Shown here: positions 1 through 9,123 of the stretch, one piece after another
How the letters are laid out: each line of letters starts with the position of its first letter
How positions within the stretch are numbered: position 1 is the stretch's first letter
Origin: Dehalococcoidia bacterium
GTDB taxonomy: Bacteria > Chloroflexota > Dehalococcoidia > GIF9 > AB-539-J10
Assembly: GCA_030612025.1 (NCBI GenBank)
Contig: JAUWOR010000009.1
Location: forward strand, 29,482-93,481
Direction: 5' to 3'
DNA: 64,000 bases
Notes under the pieces: generated by a model
What the model was told of the DNA's origin: nothing
The model's input: the letters and a program-made list of their open reading frames with translations, nothing else
Database searches by the model: none
Program-made: the position numbers and the translations under genes

Positions 1-60
1 GCATAATTTAAGTTAAAGATTTGCTTTGGTTTTTTTCTTACGTTATTATAAACTTAGGAT

Positions 61-2214
61 ATGGAGATAAGCGCGCTTATAGCGAAAGCCAGCGAATATC
101 TACCTGGTGACAAGGTAAGTCTGATTAAAGCAGCTTACGAGTTTGCCTCACAGGCCCACCAGGGGCAAATGCGCAAATCGAGAGAGCCCTTTTTAGAGCA
201 TCCTTTACATACGGCAATGACCTTAGTTGAACTTCGACTTGATGCTGATACATTGGCTGCTGCCTTGCTGCATGATGTTCCTGAGGATTGTGGCATATCA
301 CTGGAAGAAGTTGAGGCTAACTTCGGATCTGAAGTAACCAGATTAGTTGATGGCGTGACTAAACTGAGCAAGCTCACAAGCCGAGCTGAAGGTGAACAGA
401 GGAAGTCGAAGGTTCAAGCGGAAAACTTACGTAAAATGCTTGTGGCTACAGCTAAAGACTTGCGGGTGGTTTTTGTTAAATTGGCTGACAGACTACATAA
501 CATGCGCACACTAGGCGCTTTGCCACCAAGGAAACGCCAGGCAATTGCCCAAGAGACGTTGGAGATATATGCTCCTCTGGCGCATCGGTTAGGCATGTGG
601 AATGTGAAGTGGCAACTGGAGGATCTAGCCTTCCGTTATCTGGAGCCACAGCAATACCGTCGGCTTTCTCGCTTGGTGGCGGAAAAACGACTTCAGCGAG
701 AAGGCTTTATAAACGAGGTTAGCCAGACGCTGCGTCAGGAATTAAGCCAGGCTGGCATAGAGGCTAAGGTTTTTGGTAGGCCGAAACATATTTACAGCAT
801 CTATCAAAAGATGGGCCGGTATGCCGCGCAGGGCAAGGATTTTGGCGACATCCATGACCTTTTTGCCTTGCGTGTATTAGTGGACTCCGTTCCGGATTGT
901 TATAAGGCGCTAGGGGAAATTCACAATTTTTGGCGTCCTATAACCGAAGAGTTTAACGATTTTATTGCTAATCCTAAAGATAATGGCTATCGCTCCCTGC
1001 ATACCACAGTAATGTGCCAAGGCGTTACCCCGCTAGAAATACAAATACGGACTCATGATATGCATCAAATCGCTGAGTATGGGGTAGCTGCTCACTGGAA
1101 GTATAAGGGAGGGGAGGCAGATGCGGCATTTGACAATGAAATATCTTGGCTACGTGAGGTTAACGACTGGCGAGAAGAACTCGATAGTGAGGAGTTTCTG
1201 GAGTCGGTTAGAACCGACGTCCTTGTGGATCGAGTATATGTCTATACTCCTAAGGGTGAGATAAAGGAGTTGCCCAAGGGTGCCACCCCTCTAGATTTTG
1301 CCTTCCGAATTCATACAGACTTGGGCTACCGTTGTATTGGGGCAAAAGTTAATGGACGGCTGGCCCCCTTGAGCTATGTACTTAATAATGCTGATGTGGT
1401 GGAAATCATCGCTGCCAAAGGGGAGAAAGGGCCCAGTTTGGATTGGCTTAACTCCCAACTTGGCTATATTAAAACTTCTCACGCCCGGGGGAAGGTGCGG
1501 CAATGGTTCAAAAGGCAGGAGCGAGGTCAGAGTATAGAGACTGGCAAGCAGCTTTTGGACAAGGAACTTAAACGTTTAGGCGTCAGCCTACCCAATGTTG
1601 ATAAATTAGCCCGTCAGTTTACCTATAGTAGTTCAGATGACTTTCTCTTTGCTCTCGGTTGTGGCAGTATTAGCCCTTCTGAGGTGGCGCTTAAACTAAG
1701 CGCAGATTTTGAGCCACCGAGCAAAACAGTCGAAATTTCGCCTCCGAGGAAGATTAGCCCTTCGAGTGTCCGAGTATTGGGTGTTGGTGACTTGTTCACT
1801 CGTTTAGCCAGTTGTTGCCATCCATTGCCGGGAGACGAGATTATTGGTTATATTACTCAAGGACGTGGTATCACCGTGCATCGCCGGGATTGCCCTAATA
1901 TTATCAATGAGGTAGAAAAGGAGCGACTGATCAATGTCAATTGGGGTGATGTGGAGCAAGTTTACCCGGTAACTATTCAGGTTGATGCCTGGGATAGAGT
2001 TGGGTTAGTTCGGGATATTAGTGCTATCATAGCTGACGAAGGGGTAAATATTACCGATGTTAATATGACTAGCCATGACGATAATATTATCTTACTATAC
2101 TTTACCCTCGAGATTAAAAGCACAGCTAAGTTAAGTAGATTGATGTCTAAAATTTACTCGGTATGGAATGTGATAAATGTAGTAAGGAAAGGAGAAGTGA
2201 GTGCTAAGCAGTAA
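61..2214 (+). CDS. relA: bifunctional (p)ppGpp synthetase/hydrolase (long RSH)
   Basis: HD motif LLHDVPED, KLADRLHNMRTL, synthetase YRSLHT/EIQIRT, TGS (TPLDFAFRIHT) and C-terminal ACT (DRVGLVRDI). Confidence 0.97.
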   Translation: MEISALIAKASEYLPGDKVSLIKAAYEFASQAHQGQMRKSREPFLEHPLHTAMTLVELRLDADTLAAALLHDVPEDCGISLEEVEANFGSEVTRLVDGVTKLSKLTSRAEGEQRKSKVQAENLRKMLVATAKDLRVVFVKLADRLHNMRTLGALPPRKRQAIAQETLEIYAPLAHRLGMWNVKWQLEDLAFRYLEPQQYRRLSRLVAEKRLQREGFINEVSQTLRQELSQAGIEAKVFGRPKHIYSIYQKMGRYAAQGKDFGDIHDLFALRVLVDSVPDCYKALGEIHNFWRPITEEFNDFIANPKDNGYRSLHTTVMCQGVTPLEIQIRTHDMHQIAEYGVAAHWKYKGGEADAAFDNEISWLREVNDWREELDSEEFLESVRTDVLVDRVYVYTPKGEIKELPKGATPLDFAFRIHTDLGYRCIGAKVNGRLAPLSYVLNNADVVEIIAAKGEKGPSLDWLNSQLGYIKTSHARGKVRQWFKRQERGQSIETGKQLLDKELKRLGVSLPNVDKLARQFTYSSSDDFLFALGCGSISPSEVALKLSADFEPPSKTVEISPPRKISPSSVRVLGVGDLFTRLASCCHPLPGDEIIGYITQGRGITVHRRDCPNIINEVEKERLINVNWGDVEQVYPVTIQVDAWDRVGLVRDISAIIADEGVNITDVNMTSHDDNIILLYFTLEIKSTAKLSRLMSKIYSVWNVINVVRKGEVSAKQ

Positions 2215-2536
2215 GTCAATTAACAAAGCAGCGCGGATGGCGGAAAGAAAGCGATTACGAAATCGCCTGGTGCGAGGTAGCACTAGAACTCAGATAAGTA
2301 AGGTACGAAGGCTTATTACCTCTAGGGAATTAGAATCAGCAAAGCAAGAGATGGTGGCAGCCACAAGCAGCATTGATAAAGCTACAAGTAAAGGGGTTAT
2401 TCATAAAAATAAAGGTGCCAGGCTTAAATCTCGTTTAATGAAGAAGCTAAACGCCGCCGTTGTGGTGGGCCAAAGCAATGTCATTGCGAGCGAAGCGAAG
2501 CAACCTCGCAGTAAAGGGAAGGTGGAACAATCTTAA
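2201..2536 (+). CDS. rpsT: 30S ribosomal protein S20 with repeat-derived C-terminal extension
   Basis: IDKATSKGVIHKNKGARLKSRL S20 signature; the tail VIASEAKQPR is encoded by a GTCA-type repeat. Confidence 0.93.
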   Translation: MLSSKSINKAARMAERKRLRNRLVRGSTRTQISKVRRLITSRELESAKQEMVAATSSIDKATSKGVIHKNKGARLKSRLMKKLNAAVVVGQSNVIASEAKQPRSKGKVEQS

Positions 2537-2557
2537 AGAAGCGGAGGTTAATATTTC

Positions 2558-3202
2558 TTGGCTGCTAAAGCACTTTCTTCAAAGCAAAAGCGTATTATCA
2601 GCTTTATCCATGATTTTTTGCGCCAAAAGGGCTATCCCCCCAGTGTTAGGGATATTGCTAAGGGATGCCAGATAAGTTCCACTTCAGTGGTAGCTTATAA
2701 CTTGGCTAGATTGGAAGAAGCGGGATATATCCACCGACATAGCGATATATCGCGAGGAATTGAGCTTCTGAATGGCTGGCAAAATAGCCGGAAGGTTGTT
2801 TATATCCCTATAGTGGGGAGGATAGCTGCTGGAGAACCCATTCCTGTGCCTGCTTCAGACACAGGGAGCGTTATCTCTACTGAGGGGTTAGAGGTAAGCG
2901 AGGAGTTAACAAAGGGGAGACAAAATGTTTATGCCCTTCGAGTGAAGGGTGACTCCATGGTAGACGCTTTGATAAAAGATGGTGACATCGTCTTAATGGA
3001 TTATGTCACTACTGCTGAGGAAGGAGAAATGGTAGCAGTTTGGCTTAAGAGGGAGCAAGAGGTCACGCTGAAAAAAATTTTTACCGAGCCAAACCGCATT
3101 CGTTTGGAACCGGCAAATAGTCAGACGAAACCCATCTACACTACTCCAGACAACGTTGAGATCCAAGGGAGAGTTGTTGCTGTTATTCGGCGCATGCCAT
3201 AG
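2558..3202 (+). CDS. lexA: SOS repressor LexA
   Basis: GYPPSVRDI HTH, IAAGEP Ala-Gly cleavage site, VKGDSM catalytic Ser, VTLKK catalytic Lys; RBS GGAGG before TTG. Confidence 0.96.
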   Translation: MAAKALSSKQKRIISFIHDFLRQKGYPPSVRDIAKGCQISSTSVVAYNLARLEEAGYIHRHSDISRGIELLNGWQNSRKVVYIPIVGRIAAGEPIPVPASDTGSVISTEGLEVSEELTKGRQNVYALRVKGDSMVDALIKDGDIVLMDYVTTAEEGEMVAVWLKREQEVTLKKIFTEPNRIRLEPANSQTKPIYTTPDNVEIQGRVVAVIRRMP

Positions 3203-3205
3203 CTT

Positions 3206-3312
3206 AGGAAATGCAAAAAGCAAAAATAAAAATGCCAAAATACAGAGAAAAAGTTAAAAAGTTTTGCATTTTGAGTTGTAATTTTGACTTTTGGTCTTTG
3301 ATTTTTAATTTT
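3206..3312. repeat. AT-rich heptamer-periodic imperfect inverted repeat (hairpin family)
   Basis: A-rich arm (aaatgcaaaaagcaaaaataaaaatgccaaaatacag) then T-rich arm (ttttgcattttgagttgtaattttgactttt); relatives at ~3882-3972, 17700-17740, 18505-18625, 19310-19522, 22885-23032, 25297-25442, 30085-30182, 37390-37457, 41515-41604, 61500-61610. Confidence 0.85.
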
Positions 3313-3314
3313 GT

Positions 3315-3878
3315 GTGATGTTATCCCAATTCAAGGCAGTAGGACATGCCCTTTTTACTCAAGGGCTTGTCTCTCCCTGTAGTGGCAACCTCAGTATAAA
3401 GCTGGGAGAGCATCTAGTTATCACACATCGGGGCAGCACTTTGGGGTCCATTGGGGAGGCAGATTTAGTAGAAACTGGTATTGCTAAGAACGATCGGGCT
3501 ACGCCTTTGGCATCCAGCGAGTTAGCGGTTCATCGTTCTATTTATAAGAACACATCAGCATTAGCTGTGGTGCATGCTCATCCACCCTACGCCGTTGCCT
3601 TGTCCTTTATAGAAAAAGAGATTATACCTTGTGATATGGAAGGGCGAGCTCTGTTGCCAAAAGTGCTAATCTTGGGCCAGGGGATAGCGCTAAAGGCTGG
3701 AGACCTCGGCGAAGAAATAGCCGAAACCTTGAAGCAATATAAAGTGGTTTTGGTGTGGGGTCATGGAAGTTTTGCTGCTGGCCAGCTACTAGAGGAAGCT
3801 TATTACTATACTAGTGTACTGGAGCAGAGCTGTCGTCTCCTCTATTTGCTCAAGGCTTTAGGGCGAATCCTAACTTAA
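3315..3878 (+). CDS. class II aldolase/adducin family protein
   Basis: SGNLS, ASSELAVHRSIY, VVHAHPPYA, GHG metal-binding motifs. Confidence 0.92.
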   Translation: MMLSQFKAVGHALFTQGLVSPCSGNLSIKLGEHLVITHRGSTLGSIGEADLVETGIAKNDRATPLASSELAVHRSIYKNTSALAVVHAHPPYAVALSFIEKEIIPCDMEGRALLPKVLILGQGIALKAGDLGEEIAETLKQYKVVLVWGHGSFAAGQLLEEAYYYTSVLEQSCRLLYLLKALGRILT

Positions 3879-3942
3879 TGGATAAATACTAAGCACTAAT
3901 ATCCAAATCTTAAACGCTTGGGATTTTGGGTTTTGAAATTGT

Positions 3943-4884
3943 TTAGGAATTGGAGTGTAGAATTTGGGATTTAGCCAAAAAGGTATACCAATCAAGGTAT
4001 TTAGGATTCCTGCCTAGTATCACCTCTACGAAGAGCTTTTGTAGCGCCGATGTTATTTTGCCAATCTCACCTGTGCCTACTGGACGGTGGTCAATTTCCA
4101 CAATTGGGGCTATATGGGCAGCCGTGCCGCTAAAGAAGCACTCATCAGCGAGGTAGAGTTCGCTCTTGTCAACACTTCTCTCTATAGTGTCTAGGCCTAA
4201 CTCGTTCTTGGCTAGTTTTATCACAGTATCTCTGGTAATGCCCATAAGGATGTTGTCAGAGGAAGGGGGGGTAACTAGTTTCCCATTGATGACAAGGAAG
4301 ATGTTTTCCCCGCTGCCCTCGGAGACATGTCCATCGTGAGTTAGCAATATTGCTTCGTCAAAGCCGTTTTCCCAAGCCTCGGTTTTAGCTAAAGCGCTGT
4401 TGACATAAATACCACAGATCTTGCCTCGAGCCGGAATCATAGTATCATCAACGCGGCGCCATGATGAAGTGCAGCAGCGCACTCCCTCTCCAATACCAAG
4501 GTAAGGAGGAAGAGTGGTCACGATGATAAAGAAATCGTCCTCTAGGTCATGGAGGCGGACGCCAATAGTTTCGGAGCTTTTGTAGGCTAAGGGGCGGATA
4601 TATACATCTTCATGGTAGCCGCTCCTTCTTACAAGCTCAGTAGTCAATTGACATAGCTTATCACTGGAGTAAGGGAGATTGATTTTTAAGATGCGACAAC
4701 CATTCAGAATGCGGTTATAATGGTCCTTTACGCGGAAGAGGCAAAATCTTTCTTGCTCACTATCCCAATTACCGCGGATACCATCAAAGCAGGCGGTACC
4801 ATAGTGCAAGGCGTGAGTTAAAATCCCGATTTTGGCTTCAGACAATGGCATGAATTGTTTCTGGAAAAAAGCATAAGGTGGCAT
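3943..4884 (-). CDS. ilvE: branched-chain amino acid aminotransferase
   Basis: HALHYGTACFDGIR, EGSGENIF, ILMGITR, SGTAAHIAP (class IV PLP enzyme). Confidence 0.95.
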   Translation of the reverse strand: MPPYAFFQKQFMPLSEAKIGILTHALHYGTACFDGIRGNWDSEQERFCLFRVKDHYNRILNGCRILKINLPYSSDKLCQLTTELVRRSGYHEDVYIRPLAYKSSETIGVRLHDLEDDFFIIVTTLPPYLGIGEGVRCCTSSWRRVDDTMIPARGKICGIYVNSALAKTEAWENGFDEAILLTHDGHVSEGSGENIFLVINGKLVTPPSSDNILMGITRDTVIKLAKNELGLDTIERSVDKSELYLADECFFSGTAAHIAPIVEIDHRPVGTGEIGKITSALQKLFVEVILGRNPKYLDWYTFLAKSQILHSNS

Positions 4885-4958
4885 CTTTCCTCCTTTTATT
4901 ATTTATAGGTAATTCAGGGCAATTATACTTTGTGGCCCAAGGTAAAAACAAGCCTGCC

Positions 4959-6119
4959 TTAAATAGAAATGTCCTTGCCGGCCTTTATCGATGCTGGGCC
5001 GTATTTTCTTCGAATCTGGTCGATAGCTTTATCTAGATGCTCCAATTTTTCTCTTTCGGAATCAAACATATGGAGCTGCCTTTCTTTGCCAGATAAACTT
5101 GACACCCTGATACCTATAAGGCGGATTGGTTCCCCCCTTTGTACTAAAGTTTCGCTCAGTAATTGCCGGGCTGCGGCGAAGATAACCTGACTAACATTGC
5201 TAGCTTCTTTTAAGGTAACTTGGCGAGTGATTGTCCTGAAGTCAGCATATCTTAACCTTAAAGTCACACACCTTGCCTGTTTATCTCGATAGCGTAGCTC
5301 TGCACTGACTTGCTGGCATAAGTGGTGGAGGTTAGCCTCAAGAAAATGGCGGTCTAAAGTATCTTGAGCAAAAGTTGTTTGCTTACTAATGGACTTGGAT
5401 TCACCAGGTGCCTCTACCCTTCGGTCATCTATTCCATTGGCGTAGCGATGAATTACTACCCCGAATTTTCCAAAGTGTTTTTCCACTATATTTAAAGGAA
5501 GTGAGGCTAATTCAGCTATGGTGGTTACACCCATCTCTTTTAATACTTGCTCTGTCTTTTTGCCCACTCCAGGTAATCTAGCTACCGGAAGAGGGTTTAG
5601 GAAGTGGCGCTCTTCCCCCCGGGCTACTTCCAGCAGTCCATCGGGCTTACATAAATCTGAGGCAATTTTAGCCACCACCTTGCATGTGGCAATGCCCACT
5701 GAGGCTGTTAGCCTGAGCTCTCTACGTATTCGGTCTTTTAGCGCTAAGGCCATTTGGCGCAAAGAGCCATAAGGTTCCTCACAGCCAGTAACGTCAAGGT
5801 ATGCCTCATCAAGCCCCAAAGGCTCAACACAGGGAGAGAAATCAGCCAAGATTTCCATAAACTTGTCTGCCGCCTCTCTATAGCGGGAGAAATTAGCCTG
5901 GATAAAAATAGCTTGAGGGCAGAGGCGGCGAGCTTTAGATAAAGGCATGCCGGCATGGATGCCGAAGGGGCGCGCTTCGTAAGAAGCAGAAGCTACCACG
6001 CCACGCCGCTCAGGGTCTCCACCGACAATTACTGGGTTTCCCTTTAGCTTCGGGTCAAGCACTTGCTCCACAGAGACGAAGAAAGCATCCAAATCAATGT
6101 GGAAAATACCGCGAGCCAT
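4959..6119 (-). CDS. dinB: DNA polymerase IV (Y-family)
   Basis: HIDLDAFFVSVE, ASYEAR, LDEAYLD, AKIASDLCKPDG. Confidence 0.96.
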   Translation of the reverse strand: MARGIFHIDLDAFFVSVEQVLDPKLKGNPVIVGGDPERRGVVASASYEARPFGIHAGMPLSKARRLCPQAIFIQANFSRYREAADKFMEILADFSPCVEPLGLDEAYLDVTGCEEPYGSLRQMALALKDRIRRELRLTASVGIATCKVVAKIASDLCKPDGLLEVARGEERHFLNPLPVARLPGVGKKTEQVLKEMGVTTIAELASLPLNIVEKHFGKFGVVIHRYANGIDDRRVEAPGESKSISKQTTFAQDTLDRHFLEANLHHLCQQVSAELRYRDKQARCVTLRLRYADFRTITRQVTLKEASNVSQVIFAAARQLLSETLVQRGEPIRLIGIRVSSLSGKERQLHMFDSEREKLEHLDKAIDQIRRKYGPASIKAGKDISI

Positions 6120-6305
6120 ACTGCGAATTATAGATTAGCTTTAGAAAGGTAGCAATGATTAATTATCGTCTTTTGGAAGTGGCTCTCTTTTGTGTTGATA
6201 GGGCATGACTTTCTATATCTGCCCATTCGTGATAGGGCTCTGTTAGCACTACGTGACCTGGAAGTCTTTCTGAGCTTATTTTATATTATTGTTCCCCTGC
6301 AGCAC

Positions 6306-6393
6306 TTAATCGCTCTTGGAAAGAACTTCCTTTAACCTTCTCTCAAAAATGCTTCGCTCCAAAAGCACCCTTCGTTGGCATTTGAGGCATTTA
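6306..6393 (-). pseudogene. orphan duplicate 3' half of the DUF951 gene
   Basis: Minus strand reads [28 protein letters not shown], matching [19 protein letters not shown] in 7929-8141. Confidence 0.85.
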
Positions 6394-6418
6394 CCTTGGC
6401 ATCTGAAAGTGAATCGCG

Positions 6419-6673
6419 TTATCTTAAAAGATTCAAGCGTTTTAAATCTTCCTCACTCCACTTAGCCTGTTTCTCAATGATGCTTTTTAGAGTTTCTCTG
6501 GTAAAAGTCTCGCCAGAACGTGTGAAGGGAACTGTCACTCTTCGACCATCTGGATGATGGTAACGATGATGACTACCTCGCTGGCGGGTAAAAATGAATC
6601 CTTCTTTTGACAGAGCTTTTATCAATTCTCGAGCCGTGAGGGAACCAAGTTTTCCATAATCAATCTTGTTCAT
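6419..6673 (-). CDS. hicA: HicA family toxin
   Basis: ELIKALSKEGF..RQRGSHHRYHHPDGRRVTVP. Confidence 0.9.
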   Translation of the reverse strand: MNKIDYGKLGSLTARELIKALSKEGFIFTRQRGSHHRYHHPDGRRVTVPFTRSGETFTRETLKSIIEKQAKWSEEDLKRLNLLR

Positions 6674-6909
6674 ACATTTACTGTCACCAGGGCTTCCTCA
6701 GAGACAGTCATTCTTTCTGTAATGGGTATTGGCTTTCCCTCCTCAGCAAATTCCTCCAAAATCATAGAGAGGACTTCCGTAATATTTTTTAAAGCCTCCT
6801 CTTTGGTTTTACCCCAAGTAGAAGCTCCAATTTCTTCCCAAGGAGGATAAAAAGCTCGCCATCCCTCCTCATCAGGTTCTAAATCCACGTTAAAAGCATA
6901 GGTTTTCAT
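6670..6909 (-). CDS. hicB: HicB family antitoxin (short, no DNA-binding domain)
   Basis: ASTWGKTKEEALKNITEVL..EEGKPIP; ATGA overlap with hicA. Confidence 0.88.
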   Translation of the reverse strand: MKTYAFNVDLEPDEEGWRAFYPPWEEIGASTWGKTKEEALKNITEVLSMILEEFAEEGKPIPITERMTVSEEALVTVNV

Positions 6910-6982
6910 TTACTCATTCTCTAACCTTTAACTTAGTTTAACTTAATTTAAAGATCTATTCAAGGCGTATTTTAGGGTTACT

Positions 6983-7849
6983 TCAATCCTCACTGTCAAT
7001 CAGGTCATCCCGGGTGCTAGACTCAAAGAGACTTAGTTGTGCTCCTCCTTGAGTACCCAAGCTGACCTTGCGTGGCACCAGCCCTTGTTCGTCAAGGCCG
7101 CCCAGCCTATTAATGTTTTCCACGATGGTGGGCAGGCAGTATTCAGCCATTGCTTCCATGATGTGTGGGGTGTTAAAACGCAAAATCCTCCAGCCGGCTG
7201 TTTCCAGGTCATTGTCTCGCAGGTTGTCTAGCGGAATGCGGTCCGGGTCGGCATGCCAGATGTCACCATCAGCCTCTACGTCAATCTTGCCTGATGCGCA
7301 GTAAACGGCAAAGTCCAGGGCGTAAGTGCGTCTTTTCACTGGCACAAACTCTTGCCGCGCTGCAGTGATGTTTAGCCGCTTGAGCTCAGCCCATAGTCGG
7401 TCTTCTAGCGGGCTCTCATCGTATAGGTCGTTGATTTCCGCGGCATTTATAAACTTCTGCCAGGTGGTTGGGATGAAAACGATAAGTCGTCGGCGTCGGC
7501 TGAAAATGGGTTGGGGCAGCCGCTGCAATGGTGACAGCAACAGTTGGTAGTAGCGTTGTTGTCCCCTCTCATCATGGGGTTGCTCAGGGAAGAGCTGCCA
7601 GCGGAAGACTCTGCGAATATTGAGGACACGTGCAAAGTAATTCACAGCGTAGGCTTCACTGCCAAAGACTTTGGTCTGGTAGAAAGCTAGCCATTGGGGT
7701 GGCCAGCGTTTTTTAAGCAGATTTTCCACGCTGCGCACTGGGATGCGGTACCAGTGCTGGTTGCGAGCGATGGTGAAGTCCAGCAGGTTGTTCATAATGG
7801 CAACTAGCACCTCGCCTCGTGTATCTATTGTGTCTTTCGATCGTTTCAA
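6983..7849 (-). CDS. DUF559/Vsr-like endonuclease domain protein with N-terminal WYRIP domain
   Basis: ESPLEDRLW..QE..YALDFA..IDVEADG..H..RDNDLETAGWRILRF; visibly more GC-rich than the flanks. Confidence 0.8.
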   Translation of the reverse strand: MKRSKDTIDTRGEVLVAIMNNLLDFTIARNQHWYRIPVRSVENLLKKRWPPQWLAFYQTKVFGSEAYAVNYFARVLNIRRVFRWQLFPEQPHDERGQQRYYQLLLSPLQRLPQPIFSRRRRLIVFIPTTWQKFINAAEINDLYDESPLEDRLWAELKRLNITAARQEFVPVKRRTYALDFAVYCASGKIDVEADGDIWHADPDRIPLDNLRDNDLETAGWRILRFNTPHIMEAMAEYCLPTIVENINRLGGLDEQGLVPRKVSLGTQGGAQLSLFESSTRDDLIDSED

Positions 7850-7886
7850 TCTTACCTCTTTGCGCTAGGCTCTATTTTTCGTTATG

Positions 7887-7947
7887 TGTCATTCTGAGCT
7901 GTAGGCGAAGAATCTCCGAGACCCTTCGCTATCGCTCAGGGTGACAG
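7887..7947. repeat. GTCA-type palindromic repeat pair overlapping the DUF951 stop
   Basis: tgtcattctgagc..gcgaagaatct ... gagacccttcgctatcgctcagggtgaca. Confidence 0.85.
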
Positions 7948-8141
7948 TTGGACTCCCTCTTATAAACTATTTCTCTTACCCCTCTCTCGAATGTGCCCCT
8001 TTCTAAAAGCACCCTTCGTTGGCACTTAAGGCATTTAAGGCCGATGTCGGCGCCTACTCTTACTACCTCCCACTCATAGCTGCCGCAAGGATGTGGTTTG
8101 CGCAGTCGAACTACATCACCAATCTTTATGTTTACAGTCAT
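7929..8141 (-). CDS. DUF951 family protein
   Basis: [40 protein letters not shown]; ATG at 8141 preferred. Confidence 0.92.
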   Translation of the reverse strand: MTVNIKIGDVVRLRKPHPCGSYEWEVVRVGADIGLKCLKCQRRVLLERGTFERGVREIVYKRESNCHPER

Positions 8142-8165
8142 CTTGAGGTCGTTTAGCAACCCCTC

Positions 8166-8270
8166 CTGTCATTCTGCCCTCTAGCGAAGGGACACGGAGA
8201 TTCTTCGGTCGCTTCGCTCCCTCAGAATGACAAAAAATGAAGGACTCAGAGCTTCGGCGCAGGGTGACAA
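8166..8270. repeat. GTCA-type repeat cluster
   Basis: tgtcattctg.. gagattcttcggtcgcttcgctccctcagaatgaca ..gggtgaca. Confidence 0.8.
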
Positions 8271-8280
8271 AATAAAGATA

Positions 8281-9081
8281 TCACTTTGCTTTTAGACAAG
8301 AGTTGATTTGGTTGCGTATTTTCTCGGCTGCATTCCTGGCTGCTTGGGCAAAATCCTTCTCTCGTGAAGCATAAAGAACTTGTCTTGATACATTGATGAT
8401 CGCTTTTTCCCCTTGAGCATCCACTCCGTAGCTAACCGCTAAAGCCAAATCTCCACCTTGCGCACCAATGCCCGGGATGAGCAAGCACATCTCGGGGCAA
8501 ATTGAGCGAACCCTCTTCAATTCCTCGGGATAAGTAGCCCCCACCACCAAGCCAACATTGCCATAAATATTCCATTCTTTGGCTTTCTGTGCCACCATTT
8601 CATAGAGCGACAAACCACCAGTGCAATGAAGATCTTGAAAATCCGAAGCACCTCGGTTTGATGTTCGACATAAGATGAACACTCCTTTATCTTGGTAGCT
8701 AATGAAGGGCTCTATGGAATCGAAGCCAAGATAAGGGTTAACTGTGGCAGCATCAAAGCCAAGGGTGGAGAAAAGTGCTCTGGCATAAGCTTTAGCCGTG
8801 TTACCTATGTCGCCACGCTTGGCGTCACCAATTATGGGTATATCAGGAGGCATATATTTGATGGTCTTCTCTAAAATGACAAGCCCTTCAATTCCCAGGG
8901 CTTCATAAAAAGCCAGATTGGGTTTATAGGCACATACCAAGTCGTGAGTGGAGTTGATGATAGCTTTGTTAAATTCCAAAATACCTACTTTAGGCATAAG
9001 GTCTGGATTTGGGTCAAGCCCAATGCAAAGCAAACTTTCGTTTTTCCGGCTAATATTAAGCAGTTTGTCAATGAAGTTCAT
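8281..9081 (-). CDS. pyrF: orotidine-5'-phosphate decarboxylase
   Basis: LCIGLDP, AYKPNLAFYE, DAKRGDIGNT, LIPGIGAQGG. Confidence 0.96.
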   Translation of the reverse strand: MNFIDKLLNISRKNESLLCIGLDPNPDLMPKVGILEFNKAIINSTHDLVCAYKPNLAFYEALGIEGLVILEKTIKYMPPDIPIIGDAKRGDIGNTAKAYARALFSTLGFDAATVNPYLGFDSIEPFISYQDKGVFILCRTSNRGASDFQDLHCTGGLSLYEMVAQKAKEWNIYGNVGLVVGATYPEELKRVRSICPEMCLLIPGIGAQGGDLALAVSYGVDAQGEKAIINVSRQVLYASREKDFAQAARNAAEKIRNQINSCLKAK

Positions 9082-9123
9082 TAGCTGGATAATATCAAAG
9101 GATGCCTATAAAATAAAGCTCAA

